Shown piece after piece: positions 47,058 through 57,794 of a DNA stretch of 64,000 nt. A program made the position numbers and the translations under genes. This DNA comes from a virus. Under the pieces are notes generated by a model. It ran no database searches. It saw only the letters and a list, made by a program, of their open reading frames with translations, and was not told where the DNA came from. The stretch's first letter is position 1. Each line of letters starts with the position of its first letter. Location of the stretch: positions 2,487 through 66,486 of IMG/VR virus record IMGVR_UViG_3300032316_000223; one strand, 5' to 3'.

Positions 47058-47365
47058 TGGCTGAACGCAAAGACCGTATGGCTTTGCTAAGTAGATATAA
47101 TAAGTTCCATCTACAAAGATATGAAGCCAAAAGTAACATAAATCTTAATGTTGAGCAATGGGCCTCCGATGCCCTTGTTGAGTCTTATGGTATTTCTCAA
47201 TGCTATGATTTATTAGATTATTATTTTAAAATAGCAGAAAATCCTACTTGGAATTATTTTGCATACAATGCAGAAAAAATTCTTAATGGTAAACTAGAAG
47301 TAGAACAAGACATTAAAGAACGAGAAGAGCGAAGAAAATTAGCAAGGAGGTGGATTAGTGAATAA
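47057..47365 (+). CDS. hypothetical protein upstream of helicase (possible loader)
   Basis: Coupled ORF overlapping dnaB. Confidence 0.6.
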   Translation: MAERKDRMALLSRYNKFHLQRYEAKSNINLNVEQWASDALVESYGISQCYDLLDYYFKIAENPTWNYFAYNAEKILNGKLEVEQDIKEREERRKLARRWISE

Positions 47366-48584
47366 TACAGAAGCAAAATTAATAACTGCAGTATTAAACG
47401 ATAAACAAGTCCACGTATTATTGCAAGCCAATGTTGACAACCTTTTAAGAACTCACAATGATGTGTGGGATTTTATTAGATTATACTCAGAAAACAATCA
47501 ATCAGTTCCACCAGTATCACTAGTTGTAGAAAAATTTAGAGACTTTGTGCCAGTAGAGGGTGTTGGTGCAACCAAGCATCACCTTGAAGAATTACAAACA
47601 GAATATTTAAATGATAGTCTTAAAGATATCTTACGCAATGCAGCATCTGAGGTTCAAAGCGGTAATGGTAACAATGCTCTTGAACATTTAATTACTAAGA
47701 CTTCAGAACTTAAAAAAAATACTGCTGCAATAAGAGATATTGAAGTTACAGACCTTGACTCTGCAGTTGCTTATTTTGAAAATGTAAAGAAAATGCAAGA
47801 TCTAGGACAGGTTGGAATTAAAACTGGCTTACCAGGTTTTGATAACTACCTACCTTCTGGAATTATGCCAGGGCAACTAGGGGTCTTTCTTGCATATCCA
47901 GGTATTGGAAAGTCTTGGTTGGCCCTGTACTTCGCTGTGCAGGCCTGGAAACAGGGTCGTAGTCCACTTGTCATAAGTCTTGAAATGTCTGAAACGGAAG
48001 TTCGTAACCGTGTATTTGCAATTATGGGTGAGGGCTTGTGGTCTCATCGCAAACTTAGTAATGGAGAAGTAGAGATTGATATGCTTAAAAAATGGCATGC
48101 CGATAAGTTGCAGGGTAAACCAGAGTTTCATATTATATCTAATGACAGTGGTGGAGAAGTAACTCCTTCAGTTATACGTGGAAAGATTGATCAATACAAG
48201 CCAGACTTTGTTGTAGTTGATTATTTACAATTAATGTCACCAAATCAAAAAGCAGATAACGAAACGGTACGTATGAAAAACCTTTCTCGTGAACTTAAAC
48301 TTATGTCTATTAGCGAAGAGGTTCCTATTATTGCTATCTCATCTGCCACACCAGATGATGCTAAAGATTTGTCAAGTGCCCCAACTTTGGGACAAACTGC
48401 TTGGTCAAGACAAATTGCTTATGATGCTGATTGGGTTATGGCTTTAGGTCGTGCTACGAATAGTGATATTATTGAATGTGTATTTAGAAAAAATAGAAAT
48501 GGTTTTATGGGGGACTTTTTAGTTCAAGTAGATTTTGATAGAGGATACTATCGTTACAAGGATTATGAGGATAAAAATGGTTAA
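47358..48584 (+). CDS. dnaB: replicative DnaB-like helicase
   Basis: AYPGIGKS Walker A, SLEM, VVVDYLQLM, YDAD, KNRNG. Confidence 0.92.
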   Translation: MNNTEAKLITAVLNDKQVHVLLQANVDNLLRTHNDVWDFIRLYSENNQSVPPVSLVVEKFRDFVPVEGVGATKHHLEELQTEYLNDSLKDILRNAASEVQSGNGNNALEHLITKTSELKKNTAAIRDIEVTDLDSAVAYFENVKKMQDLGQVGIKTGLPGFDNYLPSGIMPGQLGVFLAYPGIGKSWLALYFAVQAWKQGRSPLVISLEMSETEVRNRVFAIMGEGLWSHRKLSNGEVEIDMLKKWHADKLQGKPEFHIISNDSGGEVTPSVIRGKIDQYKPDFVVVDYLQLMSPNQKADNETVRMKNLSRELKLMSISEEVPIIAISSATPDDAKDLSSAPTLGQTAWSRQIAYDADWVMALGRATNSDIIECVFRKNRNGFMGDFLVQVDFDRGYYRYKDYEDKNG

Positions 48585-49500
48585 AGATTCTTATACTGCA
48601 GAACAAGTTAATCGTGTGCTAACTGGTGCTGGCATTGATATTGAGGCTGAGTATGGAACAGACTATATTATATTTTGTCCGTATCACAACAACAATAGAA
48701 CCCCTGCTGGCGAAGTATCAAAAGAGCATGGATTGTTTTTTTGTTTTGGATGTCAAACGACAAAGACTCTTGTTGAGTTTGTAATGTATATATCTAATAG
48801 AACCTACTTTGAGGCAATAAGATATATTAAAAGTAAAGAGCAAGAAACTAGCATTGAGACATCAGTCAACAAAGCATTGATAGATAAACCAGAGTTTGTA
48901 CAGTATGACGAACTATTAATTAAAAGATTAAATAATAATGCATTAGAGTCTCCAAGAGCAATTAGGTATTACGAAGGTAGGAAAATAACTAAAGACTCAA
49001 TGATAAAGTTTAATCTTGGTTATTCAGAAAAACAAGATTCGGTCACAATTCCAGTACATTCTCCAGACGGGATTTGTATTGGATTTGTTGCTAGAACAGT
49101 TGAAGGCAAAGAATTTAAAAATACACCTGGTTTGCCAAAAGGCAAGACATTGTTTAATTTACACAGAATAAAGACTTCAAGTATTGTTTATGTAGTAGAG
49201 TCTTCATTTGATGCAATTAGACTAGATCAAGTAGGATTCCCTGCGGTTGCTACGCTAGGGGCTAATGTTTCTGCAGCACAGATAAAACTATTAGAAAAGT
49301 ATTTTAATAGTATTGTTTTAATTGCAGATAACGATGATGCAGGAATAATAATGAGGGATAAGTTAATCCAAAGACTTGGACCTGTTGTTACTTCTGTTTA
49401 CATAGATAAAAAATATAAAGATATAGGCGACATGGATGATGATGCAATTAAAAAACTGGAGTTTCAGTTTGACAATTCTATTACCAATATGTTAAAATAG
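48577..49500 (+). CDS. dnaG: DNA primase (CHC2 zinc finger plus TOPRIM)
   Basis: CPYH...CFGC; VESSFDA; DNDDAG; start re-set to 48577. Confidence 0.9.
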   Translation: MVKDSYTAEQVNRVLTGAGIDIEAEYGTDYIIFCPYHNNNRTPAGEVSKEHGLFFCFGCQTTKTLVEFVMYISNRTYFEAIRYIKSKEQETSIETSVNKALIDKPEFVQYDELLIKRLNNNALESPRAIRYYEGRKITKDSMIKFNLGYSEKQDSVTIPVHSPDGICIGFVARTVEGKEFKNTPGLPKGKTLFNLHRIKTSSIVYVVESSFDAIRLDQVGFPAVATLGANVSAAQIKLLEKYFNSIVLIADNDDAGIIMRDKLIQRLGPVVTSVYIDKKYKDIGDMDDDAIKKLEFQFDNSITNMLK

Positions 49501-49527
49501 ATATAACACATAAGGAGAAAAAATAAT

Positions 49528-50184
49528 ATGACTATTGTAAAGGGACTAAAAAACATTAATGCCCTAGTTGACAAGCCAAAGTATGATGAAAACTCTCCAA
49601 AGGTAAGATGGTTAAAACTTGCCGATGGACAGTCTGCAAAAATTAGGTTCGTTGAAGAACTTGATGAAGACTCTGCAAACTATAGTGCAGATCGTGGATT
49701 AGCACTTGTTGTTAAAGAACACACAAATCCAAAAGACTACAAGCGCAAGGCTGTAGATACTATGGAATCAGAAGGCCGTGACTGGGCTGAAGAAATGCAT
49801 CGCAAGGATCCAAAGGCTGGCTGGAGAGCACGTCTTCGTTTTTATTGCAACGTACTTGTAGATGATGGCATTGAAGAGCCATACATAGCCATTTGGTCAA
49901 TGGGCGTAAGTAAGCAATCTGCATTTAACACTATTCGTGAATATGCTCTTGAAACAGGCAGTATCTCAAACATTTCATGGAAATTAAAGCGTAACGGTCA
50001 GGGTACTGAAACAAGTTACACACTTATTCCATCTGCACCAGACAAAGAGCCATTTGACTGGACAACACACAAGCCATACGCTCTTGAGTTAGCATTAAAG
50101 AAAATTCCTTATGCTGAACAAGAAGCATTCTATTTGGGGTTTGATACTCCATCCGTAACTTCATCAACCAACACAGATTGGTAA
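49528..50184 (+). CDS. single-stranded DNA-binding protein (gp32-like)
   Basis: L.DG....IRF, KRNGQGTETSY.L.P, acidic tail ending in W; promoter TTGACA-N18-TAAAAT. Confidence 0.7.
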   Translation: MTIVKGLKNINALVDKPKYDENSPKVRWLKLADGQSAKIRFVEELDEDSANYSADRGLALVVKEHTNPKDYKRKAVDTMESEGRDWAEEMHRKDPKAGWRARLRFYCNVLVDDGIEEPYIAIWSMGVSKQSAFNTIREYALETGSISNISWKLKRNGQGTETSYTLIPSAPDKEPFDWTTHKPYALELALKKIPYAEQEAFYLGFDTPSVTSSTNTDW

Positions 50185-50185
50185 T

Positions 50186-53100
50186 ATGAACTACGTAGGC
50201 TTACATGTTCATACTCACTACTCCCTATTTGACGGCATAGCAACTCCACAAGAGTATGTAGACCGTGCTAGCAAGTTGGGTATGAACGCTCTTGCAATTA
50301 CAGATCACGGTTCACTTTCTGGTCACAGAGAGTTTTACCGTTCTGCAAAAGAAAAGGGTATTAAGCCAATACTTGGTCTAGAAGGATACATGTGTGCAGA
50401 CATATCAGATAAAAGAGATAAGTCTGAAAGAACAGGTCAACAAGATCTTGTTTATAATCATATTATCCTTCTAGCCAAGAACCAAAAAGGTTTAGAAAAT
50501 CTTAACAAGATTAGCGAAATATCATGGACAGATGGATTCTTTAAAAAACCAAGGTTTGATTTTGAAATTCTTCAAAAATATAAAGAAGGAATAATTGTAA
50601 CATCTGCTTGTCCTAGCAGCGTTATTGTTAAAGCATTAGAAGAGCAGGAATTTGCAATTGCTAAAAAACATATTGAGTGGTTTAAAGATAACTTTGGTAG
50701 CGATTACTACATTGAAGTTATGCCACATAACACACCAGAAATAAATAAATACCTTGTTGATCTTGCCGATGAATTTAATATTAAAGCAGTAGTTACTCCA
50801 GATTGTCATCACGTTGATGAATCACAAAAACATATTCAAGAGTTTAAACTTTTAATGAATACTCACGCTAAGGTACAAAAAGATACTACATACGCAAAAT
50901 CTACAAAAATTGATTCCATGATGGAACGCCTTGACTATCTTTATGGGGAAGATCGTCAAATAACATTTAACAAATTTGACATTCATTTACTTTCTTATGA
51001 AGAAATTAAAGCAGCAATGGAAAAACAGGGTATTGATAGAGAAGACATATACTCAAACACACTATTGCTAGCAGAGACAGTAGAAGACTATGACATTAAA
51101 GATGGTCTTGATTTACTTCCAGTACAGTATAAAAATCCAGACCAAGAATTAGCAAACCTAGCCTTTGCTGCTCTAGAAGAAAAAAGATTAAACTCTAACT
51201 GGCTTGGTAATGATATTTACGAACAAAGGCTTGATGAAGAGTTATTTATTATTAGAGATAAAAAGTTTGCACCATATTTTTTAGTAGTTCAAAATATGAT
51301 TTCTTGGGCAAAGAAAGAAGGAATCTTAGTTGGTCCAGGACGTGGATCTTCTGCTGGCTCTTTGGTTTGTTATCTTCTAGGAATTACTGATATTGATCCA
51401 ATAGAGCATGGACTTTTGTTCTTCCGTTTTATTAATCCAGAACGTAATGACTTCCCTGATATTGATACAGATATTCAAGATACTCGTCGTGATGAAGTAA
51501 AGGATTATCTAGTTAGACAGTATAGGCACGTCGCATCTATTGCAACATTCCTTCAATTTAAAGACAAGGGGGTTGTGCGAGATGTTGCACGAGTTTTAGA
51601 TATTCCACTTACAGATGTTAACAAGGTCTTAAAACTTGTTGATACTTGGGATGAATATTGCACATCTAAAACTACACTATCGTTTAGAGAAAAATATCCA
51701 GAGGTAGAGATTTATGGAGAACAGTTACGTGGTCGTATTAGAGGTACTGGCATTCATGCTGCTGGTGTGGTTACTAGTAAGAATCCAATATTTAGGTATG
51801 CGCCATTGGAGACTCGCTCTTCTCCTGGATCCGATGATCGCATTCCTGTGGTTGGTGTTGATATGGAAGAGGCTGAAAAAATTGGTCTTATTAAAATTGA
51901 CGCATTAGGTCTTAAAACTTTAAGTGTAGTTAAAGACTGTATTGATATGATTAAAACAAATCATTATAAAGATATTGATCTTTTATCTATTGACATGGCA
52001 GATCCAAAGGTATATGAAATGCTTTCAGACGGACACACAAAAGGTGTATTTCAGTGTGAAGCAACTCCATACACGAACCTTTTAGTAAAAATGGGAGTAA
52101 AGAATTTTAATGAGTTGGCAGCATCAAATGCTCTAGTTCGTCCAGGCGCTATGAACACTATTGGTAAAGATTATATTGCTCGTAAGCACGGTAAGCAAAA
52201 CGTTTCCTATACCCACCAAGTTATGAAAGAATTTACAGATGACACATATGGGTGTATTCTTTATCAGGAACAAGTTATGCAGGCTTGCGTTTACCTTGGT
52301 GGGATGACAATGGCAGAGGCTGACAAGGTTCGTAAGATTATTGGAAAGAAAAAAGATGCAAAAGAGTTCAATATATTTCAAGATAGGTTTGTTGCTGGGG
52401 CGAGTAAGTACATATCTCCTAATAAAGCCTTGGACCTTTGGCACGACTTTGAAGAGCATGCGGGATACTCGTTTAACAAGAGCCACGCAGTTGCTTACTC
52501 TACTCTCTCGTATTGGACGGCGTGGTTAAAATATTACTATCCGCTTGAATTTATGTTTGCCCTTCTTAAAAATGAAAAAGATAAAGATGGTAGAACAGAG
52601 TATCTAATTGAAGCAAAGCGTATGGGCATATCAGTTAAACTGCCACATATTAATGATTCAGATTTAGATTTTAAAATTGAGGGCAAGGGAATTCGTTTTG
52701 GATTAACTGGTATTAAGTTTATTTCAAACAACATTGCACAAAAATATATTGATGCAAGACCATTTAATAGTTATAAACAACTTGAAGAGTTTACATTTAC
52801 AAAAGGTAATGGAGTAAACAGTAGAGCCTTAAATGCACTAAGATTAACTGGTGCTGCAACATTTTCTGATAATCCACGTAATGATGAAGATATAAAAGAA
52901 AATCTTTACGAGTATCTAAATCTTCCAGAGTTTAATATTTCTATTCCATCTCACTATTATGCATTTATTCAATCAATTGAAGATTTTGAAGAAAAAGGAT
53001 CTTTTATTTTAATGGGTATGGTTAAAGCAATTAAGAGAGGAAAAGGTTGGTCACGAGTTGAAATTCTAGACAAAACTGGAAGTGTTGGTATATTTGATGA

Positions 53101-53473
53101 AGAGTCAACAACTATTGAGACTGGTCGGACTTACTTGATTCTTGCTAATGATAATAGAATTGTTTCTGCAATTCCTGTTGATGAAATAAAAGGATCAACA
53201 AATGCACTTGTTAAGTTTTTGGGTTACAAGCAATTGCCTTATACAGAAGATGAGATGTTCGTTGTTTCATTTAAATCAAGAATAACAAAGGCTGGAAAGA
53301 AAATGGCTTCTTTAACCTTGGCAGATACTTCAAGAGACTTACACTCAGTAACAGTATTTCCTACTGCATTTCCAAAAGCATACATGCACATTGAAGAAGG
53401 CAAGTCGTATAAATTTAGTTTTGGTAAAACAAAAGATGGCACGGTAATTATGGAGGATGTAAATGTCAGTTAA
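50186..53473 (+). CDS. dnaE: DNA polymerase III alpha subunit
   Basis: PHP domain HVHTHYS..DG, TDHG; GRGSSAGSL; PDIDTD; GIHAAG; GYSFNKSHA; no intein evident. Confidence 0.95.
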   Translation: MNYVGLHVHTHYSLFDGIATPQEYVDRASKLGMNALAITDHGSLSGHREFYRSAKEKGIKPILGLEGYMCADISDKRDKSERTGQQDLVYNHIILLAKNQKGLENLNKISEISWTDGFFKKPRFDFEILQKYKEGIIVTSACPSSVIVKALEEQEFAIAKKHIEWFKDNFGSDYYIEVMPHNTPEINKYLVDLADEFNIKAVVTPDCHHVDESQKHIQEFKLLMNTHAKVQKDTTYAKSTKIDSMMERLDYLYGEDRQITFNKFDIHLLSYEEIKAAMEKQGIDREDIYSNTLLLAETVEDYDIKDGLDLLPVQYKNPDQELANLAFAALEEKRLNSNWLGNDIYEQRLDEELFIIRDKKFAPYFLVVQNMISWAKKEGILVGPGRGSSAGSLVCYLLGITDIDPIEHGLLFFRFINPERNDFPDIDTDIQDTRRDEVKDYLVRQYRHVASIATFLQFKDKGVVRDVARVLDIPLTDVNKVLKLVDTWDEYCTSKTTLSFREKYPEVEIYGEQLRGRIRGTGIHAAGVVTSKNPIFRYAPLETRSSPGSDDRIPVVGVDMEEAEKIGLIKIDALGLKTLSVVKDCIDMIKTNHYKDIDLLSIDMADPKVYEMLSDGHTKGVFQCEATPYTNLLVKMGVKNFNELAASNALVRPGAMNTIGKDYIARKHGKQNVSYTHQVMKEFTDDTYGCILYQEQVMQACVYLGGMTMAEADKVRKIIGKKKDAKEFNIFQDRFVAGASKYISPNKALDLWHDFEEHAGYSFNKSHAVAYSTLSYWTAWLKYYYPLEFMFALLKNEKDKDGRTEYLIEAKRMGISVKLPHINDSDLDFKIEGKGIRFGLTGIKFISNNIAQKYIDARPFNSYKQLEEFTFTKGNGVNSRALNALRLTGAATFSDNPRNDEDIKENLYEYLNLPEFNISIPSHYYAFIQSIEDFEEKGSFILMGMVKAIKRGKGWSRVEILDKTGSVGIFDEESTTIETGRTYLILANDNRIVSAIPVDEIKGSTNALVKFLGYKQLPYTEDEMFVVSFKSRITKAGKKMASLTLADTSRDLHSVTVFPTAFPKAYMHIEEGKSYKFSFGKTKDGTVIMEDVNVS

Positions 53474-54476
53474 TATACAAGATGTACTATCACAGTTAGA
53501 CCCAAGAATTAGAAAGCGTCTTGGCACAGGAGAAGGAATTAACTTTGAGTATCAACCAACTCCAAGTTTTGGATTAAACCGTGCACTAGGCGGGGGACTG
53601 CCATACGGTAGACAAGTACTTGTATGGGGAAGCAAGTCATCGGCTAAGTCATCCATGTGTTTACAGATGATTGCTTTAGCGCAAGCAGAAGGCAAGGTTT
53701 GTGCATGGATTGATTCTGAAATGTCCTATTCAGAAGACTGGGCTAAGTTGATGGGGGTAGATCCAACAAAACTAATTTACTCTCAAGCACGAACTATTAG
53801 CGACATGGTAGATGTTGGCGTTGGACTTATAAATGCTGGAGTTGATCTTATTGTTATTGATTCAATTACCTCAATGCTTCCTGCAATATATTTTGAAAAA
53901 GATTCAGATGAAATGAAAGCACTTGAAAATACAAAGCAAATTGGTGCAGAGTCTAGAGACTTTAGTAATGCCTGGAAAATGCTTAACTATGCTAACAATA
54001 AAATAAAGCCTACATTGCTTGTTCTTATTTCACAATCAAGAAATAATATCAATGCAATGTACACAAGCCAACAGCCTTCTGGTGGTCAGGCAACTAAGTT
54101 TTACTCATCTTGTGTAATTAAATTGTTTTCTTCTGAGTCAGAAAATCAAGCAATTAAAGGAAAGATTAAGGTTGGAGATAAATTAATTGAAGAAAAAATT
54201 GGTAGAAAGATTCGTTGGGAACTCCAGTTCTCTAAAACCTCTCCAGGGTTTCAATCTGGTGAGTATGATTTTTATTTTAGAGGTGACAATATTGGTATTG
54301 ATGCAATAGGAGATTTAGTTGATACTGCAGAATCAATGGGCTTGGTTAATAGAACTGGCGCATGGTATCAGTTAGATGATGGCACAAAGGTACAGGGCAG
54401 AGACGGTTTTATTGCTCGTGTTAAAGAAGATCTAGATTTACAAGAACAACTTAAGAAAAAAATAATTGATGCCTGA
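53463..54476 (+). CDS. recA: RecA-like recombinase
   Basis: LGGGLPYGR, WIDSE, IVIDSI, ISQ.R, SGG.A.KFYSS, GAWY. Confidence 0.88.
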   Translation: MSVNIQDVLSQLDPRIRKRLGTGEGINFEYQPTPSFGLNRALGGGLPYGRQVLVWGSKSSAKSSMCLQMIALAQAEGKVCAWIDSEMSYSEDWAKLMGVDPTKLIYSQARTISDMVDVGVGLINAGVDLIVIDSITSMLPAIYFEKDSDEMKALENTKQIGAESRDFSNAWKMLNYANNKIKPTLLVLISQSRNNINAMYTSQQPSGGQATKFYSSCVIKLFSSESENQAIKGKIKVGDKLIEEKIGRKIRWELQFSKTSPGFQSGEYDFYFRGDNIGIDAIGDLVDTAESMGLVNRTGAWYQLDDGTKVQGRDGFIARVKEDLDLQEQLKKKIIDA

Positions 54477-54657
54477 GCAAAATTTTACTGTATATCCTGG
54501 AAAATGGCCATGCAAGACTTGCCAAGAGGTTGTAACATCTTTAAGGTATTGGCCAGAAACTGGAAATGCTACATGGATGTGTACACAAAAACATATTTCA
54601 AAAGTTAATCTACTGCCTCCAACAAAGAAGGATTATGAGCGAAAAGAACGAAAGTAA
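54466..54657 (+). CDS. small zinc-finger protein
   Basis: CKTC...WMCTQKH. Confidence 0.55.
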   Translation: MMPEQNFTVYPGKWPCKTCQEVVTSLRYWPETGNATWMCTQKHISKVNLLPPTKKDYERKERK

Positions 54658-54934
54658 AAAAATAGGTGCTAAGCAGCATAAGAATTCTGGTAGAAATACA
54701 CAGAAGGGCGATGCTACTTGGAGGGGATTTGTTGTTGACTTTAAAGAAGCCAGCAAATCTTTTACATTAAACAAAGATGTATGGGCAAAGGCTGTTACTG
54801 ACTCTATTCAGGCAGGCAGAGATAAATCTCCAGCCATTGTTGTAATTCTTGGAGAAGGCAATACAAAGGTAAGACTTGCTATAATTGAAATGAGCATGCT
54901 AGAGCAATTAACAGAGGAGGAATATAATGTCTGA
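54635..54934 (+). CDS. PD-(D/E)xK Holliday junction resolvase-like protein
   Basis: E......NSGR...KGD......VDFKE; start re-set to 54635. Confidence 0.7.
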   Translation: MSEKNESKKIGAKQHKNSGRNTQKGDATWRGFVVDFKEASKSFTLNKDVWAKAVTDSIQAGRDKSPAIVVILGEGNTKVRLAIIEMSMLEQLTEEEYNV

Positions 54935-55241
54935 AACAGGAACACAGAAAACAACACTTGACATGGTAAATGGTTTAACAGAGATTGCAGATTATATGCA
55001 AGATGAAGAGTTAACCGTTGCTTTAACTATGATTGCAAAGATTATCATAAAGCCAGATATTCCCTTACAGGCTGCTAGTCTTGAAATCGTAAGACTACAG
55101 GCCATTGCAGCAAAGATGTCTTTTAAAGCCACCTGGATGGCTAATGTTGACAAATCTGACAGGGCAAAGAAAAATATATACTTTACAGCAGCACAAGCAA
55201 TAAACGATTTGGTTTCAGCACTTAAATACATAATGCGCTAA
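54927..55241 (+). CDS. hypothetical protein
   Basis: GAGGAGG SD; KKNIY...LV.ALKY. Confidence 0.6.
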   Translation: MSETGTQKTTLDMVNGLTEIADYMQDEELTVALTMIAKIIIKPDIPLQAASLEIVRLQAIAAKMSFKATWMANVDKSDRAKKNIYFTAAQAINDLVSALKYIMR

Positions 55242-55274
55242 CCTGCTATAATTAATATAAACAAAGGATGAAAC

Positions 55275-56138
55275 ATGGCTAAAAACTTACTAAAACAGAT
55301 TATGATTAAAGATATTAAAAAAAACCAAAGAAATAGCGAAGAAGATGAAAGTCTTGTTGAAGGTTTAGACGTTGCTATAAACGCTGGCTACCTTACTAAA
55401 ACAAAACCAAAGTTTACTAAGAAGACTAACTTCTCTGCATCTAATCTAACATATGGCTCAGGGGAGTGTCCAAGGTATTGGTCATTAGCCTTTGATGGTC
55501 AAATATTTTACGATAACTCAGATGCAATTGGTGTAGCAAATAGAACACAAGGAAGCCTTGGGCACGGAAGAATTCAGGAAGCAATAGAAGCCTCTGGGTT
55601 ACTTGCAGAAGATTTAGAGTTTGATCCAATACCAAGAAAGTATAACCAACAAACTCATCCAGCAATGGAGTTTAGAGTTAAGATTGATGATCCACCTTTT
55701 GACGGGTATGGAGATGTCATGCTTGATTACAAAGGTGAAAGACTTATTGGTGAAATTAAAACAGTAAGAAATGACGACTTTGAACATAAAAAATTAAGTA
55801 GAAAACCCAAAATGGGTCACCTAATGCAATTACTGATGTATATGAAGATTTGGAAAATTGGTAAGGGTGTAATGATTTATGAAAATAAAAACAATCATGA
55901 ATTACTTACTTTGCCCGTTGTAGTAAATGATCAGTATCGCACTTGGGTAGATGAGACATTTGAATGGATGAGAGTAGTTTACAAAAGTTGGCAAGATAAA
56001 CAATTGCCAGAAATTCCTTATCGTTCAAATTCAAGAATTTGCAAGTCGTGTCCTATTCAAAAAGCATGTGCTGAAGCAGGAGACGGAACAATTAAGATTA
56101 AACCTATGAAATTATTAAAGGACGAGAAAGATGAATAA
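55275..56138 (+). CDS. Cas4-like PD-(D/E)xK exonuclease with Fe-S cysteines
   Basis: CPR, G...H, D...EIKT, QL..YM, C..C.....C. Confidence 0.85.
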   Translation: MAKNLLKQIMIKDIKKNQRNSEEDESLVEGLDVAINAGYLTKTKPKFTKKTNFSASNLTYGSGECPRYWSLAFDGQIFYDNSDAIGVANRTQGSLGHGRIQEAIEASGLLAEDLEFDPIPRKYNQQTHPAMEFRVKIDDPPFDGYGDVMLDYKGERLIGEIKTVRNDDFEHKKLSRKPKMGHLMQLLMYMKIWKIGKGVMIYENKNNHELLTLPVVVNDQYRTWVDETFEWMRVVYKSWQDKQLPEIPYRSNSRICKSCPIQKACAEAGDGTIKIKPMKLLKDEKDE

Positions 56139-56140
56139 AT

Positions 56141-56431
56141 GTGAAACTATGTGAAAGGTGCGAGACCCAGTTTACACCAAAGGTAAGTTATCAAATTTAT
56201 TGTGGAGATATTTGTAGAGAAGAAGCCACCAAAATAAAGATAGCCGAAAGGTATCAAATAACTCGTAGACAAAGAAGAATAGGCAAGAAAAGACTTTGTA
56301 TTGGCGGTTGTAAAGAACAACTTTCAATATACAATGACTCTGGGTTTTGTTCTAATTGCAATATAAATAAAAAAGAAGTAGACAAGATGCTAAAACAACT
56401 AAAGGGATTCTTTGACTATGAACAAAAATAA
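56141..56431 (+). CDS. zinc-finger protein
   Basis: CERC...YC...C and C...C...CSNC. Confidence 0.65.
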   Translation: MKLCERCETQFTPKVSYQIYCGDICREEATKIKIAERYQITRRQRRIGKKRLCIGGCKEQLSIYNDSGFCSNCNINKKEVDKMLKQLKGFFDYEQK

Positions 56432-56990
56432 CCCAAAAACAATTTGTGCTATTGATGCAAGCACTAACAGTCTTGCTTTTGCTATTTTTAATGATAAGAC
56501 CCTGGGCAGTATCGGTAAAATTAATTTTAATGGAAAAACAAATTATGAAAAAGTAATGGACGCTTGTGCTAAGACAAGGGCATTCTTTGAACATTTTGGT
56601 GGATTTGAAGCAATTATAATTGAACATACCGTATTTATGAACAGTCCTAAAACTGCTGCAGATCTAGCATTAGTTCAGGGGGCACTATTAGGTGCTGCTG
56701 GACTAACTGGAACAAAAGTTATAGGAACTGTATCACCAATAACCTGGCAAAATTATTTAGGAAATAAAAGGTTAACCAAAGAAGAACAACTGGGAATTAG
56801 ATTAATGAACCCTGGAAAATCAGTTTCTTGGTACAAAACATACGAACGGCAAATAAGAAAAGAAAGGACCATAAAACTAATTGAAATTAATTATGATAAA
56901 ATTATTAACGACAATGACGTTGCTGATGCTTGTGGTATCGGCCATTGGGCTATTAATAACTGGAATAAAGCAATAGGGGAAGATAAATAA
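56412..56990 (+). CDS. ruvC: RuvC-like resolvase/nuclease
   Basis: AIDASTNSLAFA, IIIE, P..WQ, DNDVADA.GIG. Confidence 0.8.
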   Translation: MTMNKNNPKTICAIDASTNSLAFAIFNDKTLGSIGKINFNGKTNYEKVMDACAKTRAFFEHFGGFEAIIIEHTVFMNSPKTAADLALVQGALLGAAGLTGTKVIGTVSPITWQNYLGNKRLTKEEQLGIRLMNPGKSVSWYKTYERQIRKERTIKLIEINYDKIINDNDVADACGIGHWAINNWNKAIGEDK

Positions 56991-57634
56991 TGCCAGAGTT
57001 AAATGCAAACATACCGCCAATACATTGCTATGTAAGAGGTAACTATTTAAGAAACCATCAAGATAGTCACGATAAATATTTTGAATGTGTTATATTTGGT
57101 GTTTCAAGCATCAAGTCAAGAAGCCCACTATTCCATATTATGATGGAAGACGGAGGCCTGTGGTGGAGACTTCCTATATCTGCATTCTGTACAGAGCCAG
57201 GCGTTCCAGAAATTGATTTACATAATTTAGTGTTATGGAATTCATTTAGTCATCACGTTTCTGTAACTAAATTTGAAAATTTAACCAATCTTAGAATGTC
57301 ATATATTGATAGAACTAAAACTTTTATTAAGGGCACATACTTATTTACCCTTGATTGGCACAACCCTGATACAAATGTGTTAGATGATGGCTACTCAGAA
57401 AGTCCAGCAGATCATAAATGTGGGCACGTTATACAAAGAGATGACGGTAACTTTGCAATACAACCAAACAACAGAGTAAGAGTTTATGAACCATCATTTA
57501 CGCTCAAAAAGGAATACGTGATTGACAGGATAATTAATGAAAGAAAATATGATGTAGAAAATCAAGACAAGTGGATAATGGAAAACTCTGATAGGTTTAA
57601 CTACAATATTGATTTAAACGAAGTTGACAAATAA
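56990..57634 (+). CDS. conserved phage hypothetical protein
   Basis: LNANIPP..CYVR, WRLPISAF, YLFTLDW, HKC.H, QPNNR. Confidence 0.65.
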   Translation: MPELNANIPPIHCYVRGNYLRNHQDSHDKYFECVIFGVSSIKSRSPLFHIMMEDGGLWWRLPISAFCTEPGVPEIDLHNLVLWNSFSHHVSVTKFENLTNLRMSYIDRTKTFIKGTYLFTLDWHNPDTNVLDDGYSESPADHKCGHVIQRDDGNFAIQPNNRVRVYEPSFTLKKEYVIDRIINERKYDVENQDKWIMENSDRFNYNIDLNEVDK

Positions 57635-57638
57635 TCCT

Positions 57639-57794
57639 ATGGCTGCTAAACTATATACAAGCGAGGCTTGGCTACGTAAAAGATTTCTTATGGACAAAAA
57701 ATCTCCACAAGATATTGCTAAAGAGTGCGATGCTAGCGTTGAAACTATATATGTATACCTTGCAAAATTTGGATTAAGGAAGTCAAAAAGATGA
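57639..57794 (+). CDS. small HTH DNA-binding protein (51 aa)
   Basis: Hand-translated: WLRKRF....KSPQDIAKEC..S.ETIY..L.KFGL; ATGA overlap with the next gene. Confidence 0.65.
   Translation: MAAKLYTSEAWLRKRFLMDKKSPQDIAKECDASVETIYVYLAKFGLRKSKR

Noticed and set aside
55275-56138. Cas4-like gene as evidence of a CRISPR-Cas system
   Set aside because: No array or other cas genes; stand-alone Cas4-like exonucleases are routine in phage recombination modules
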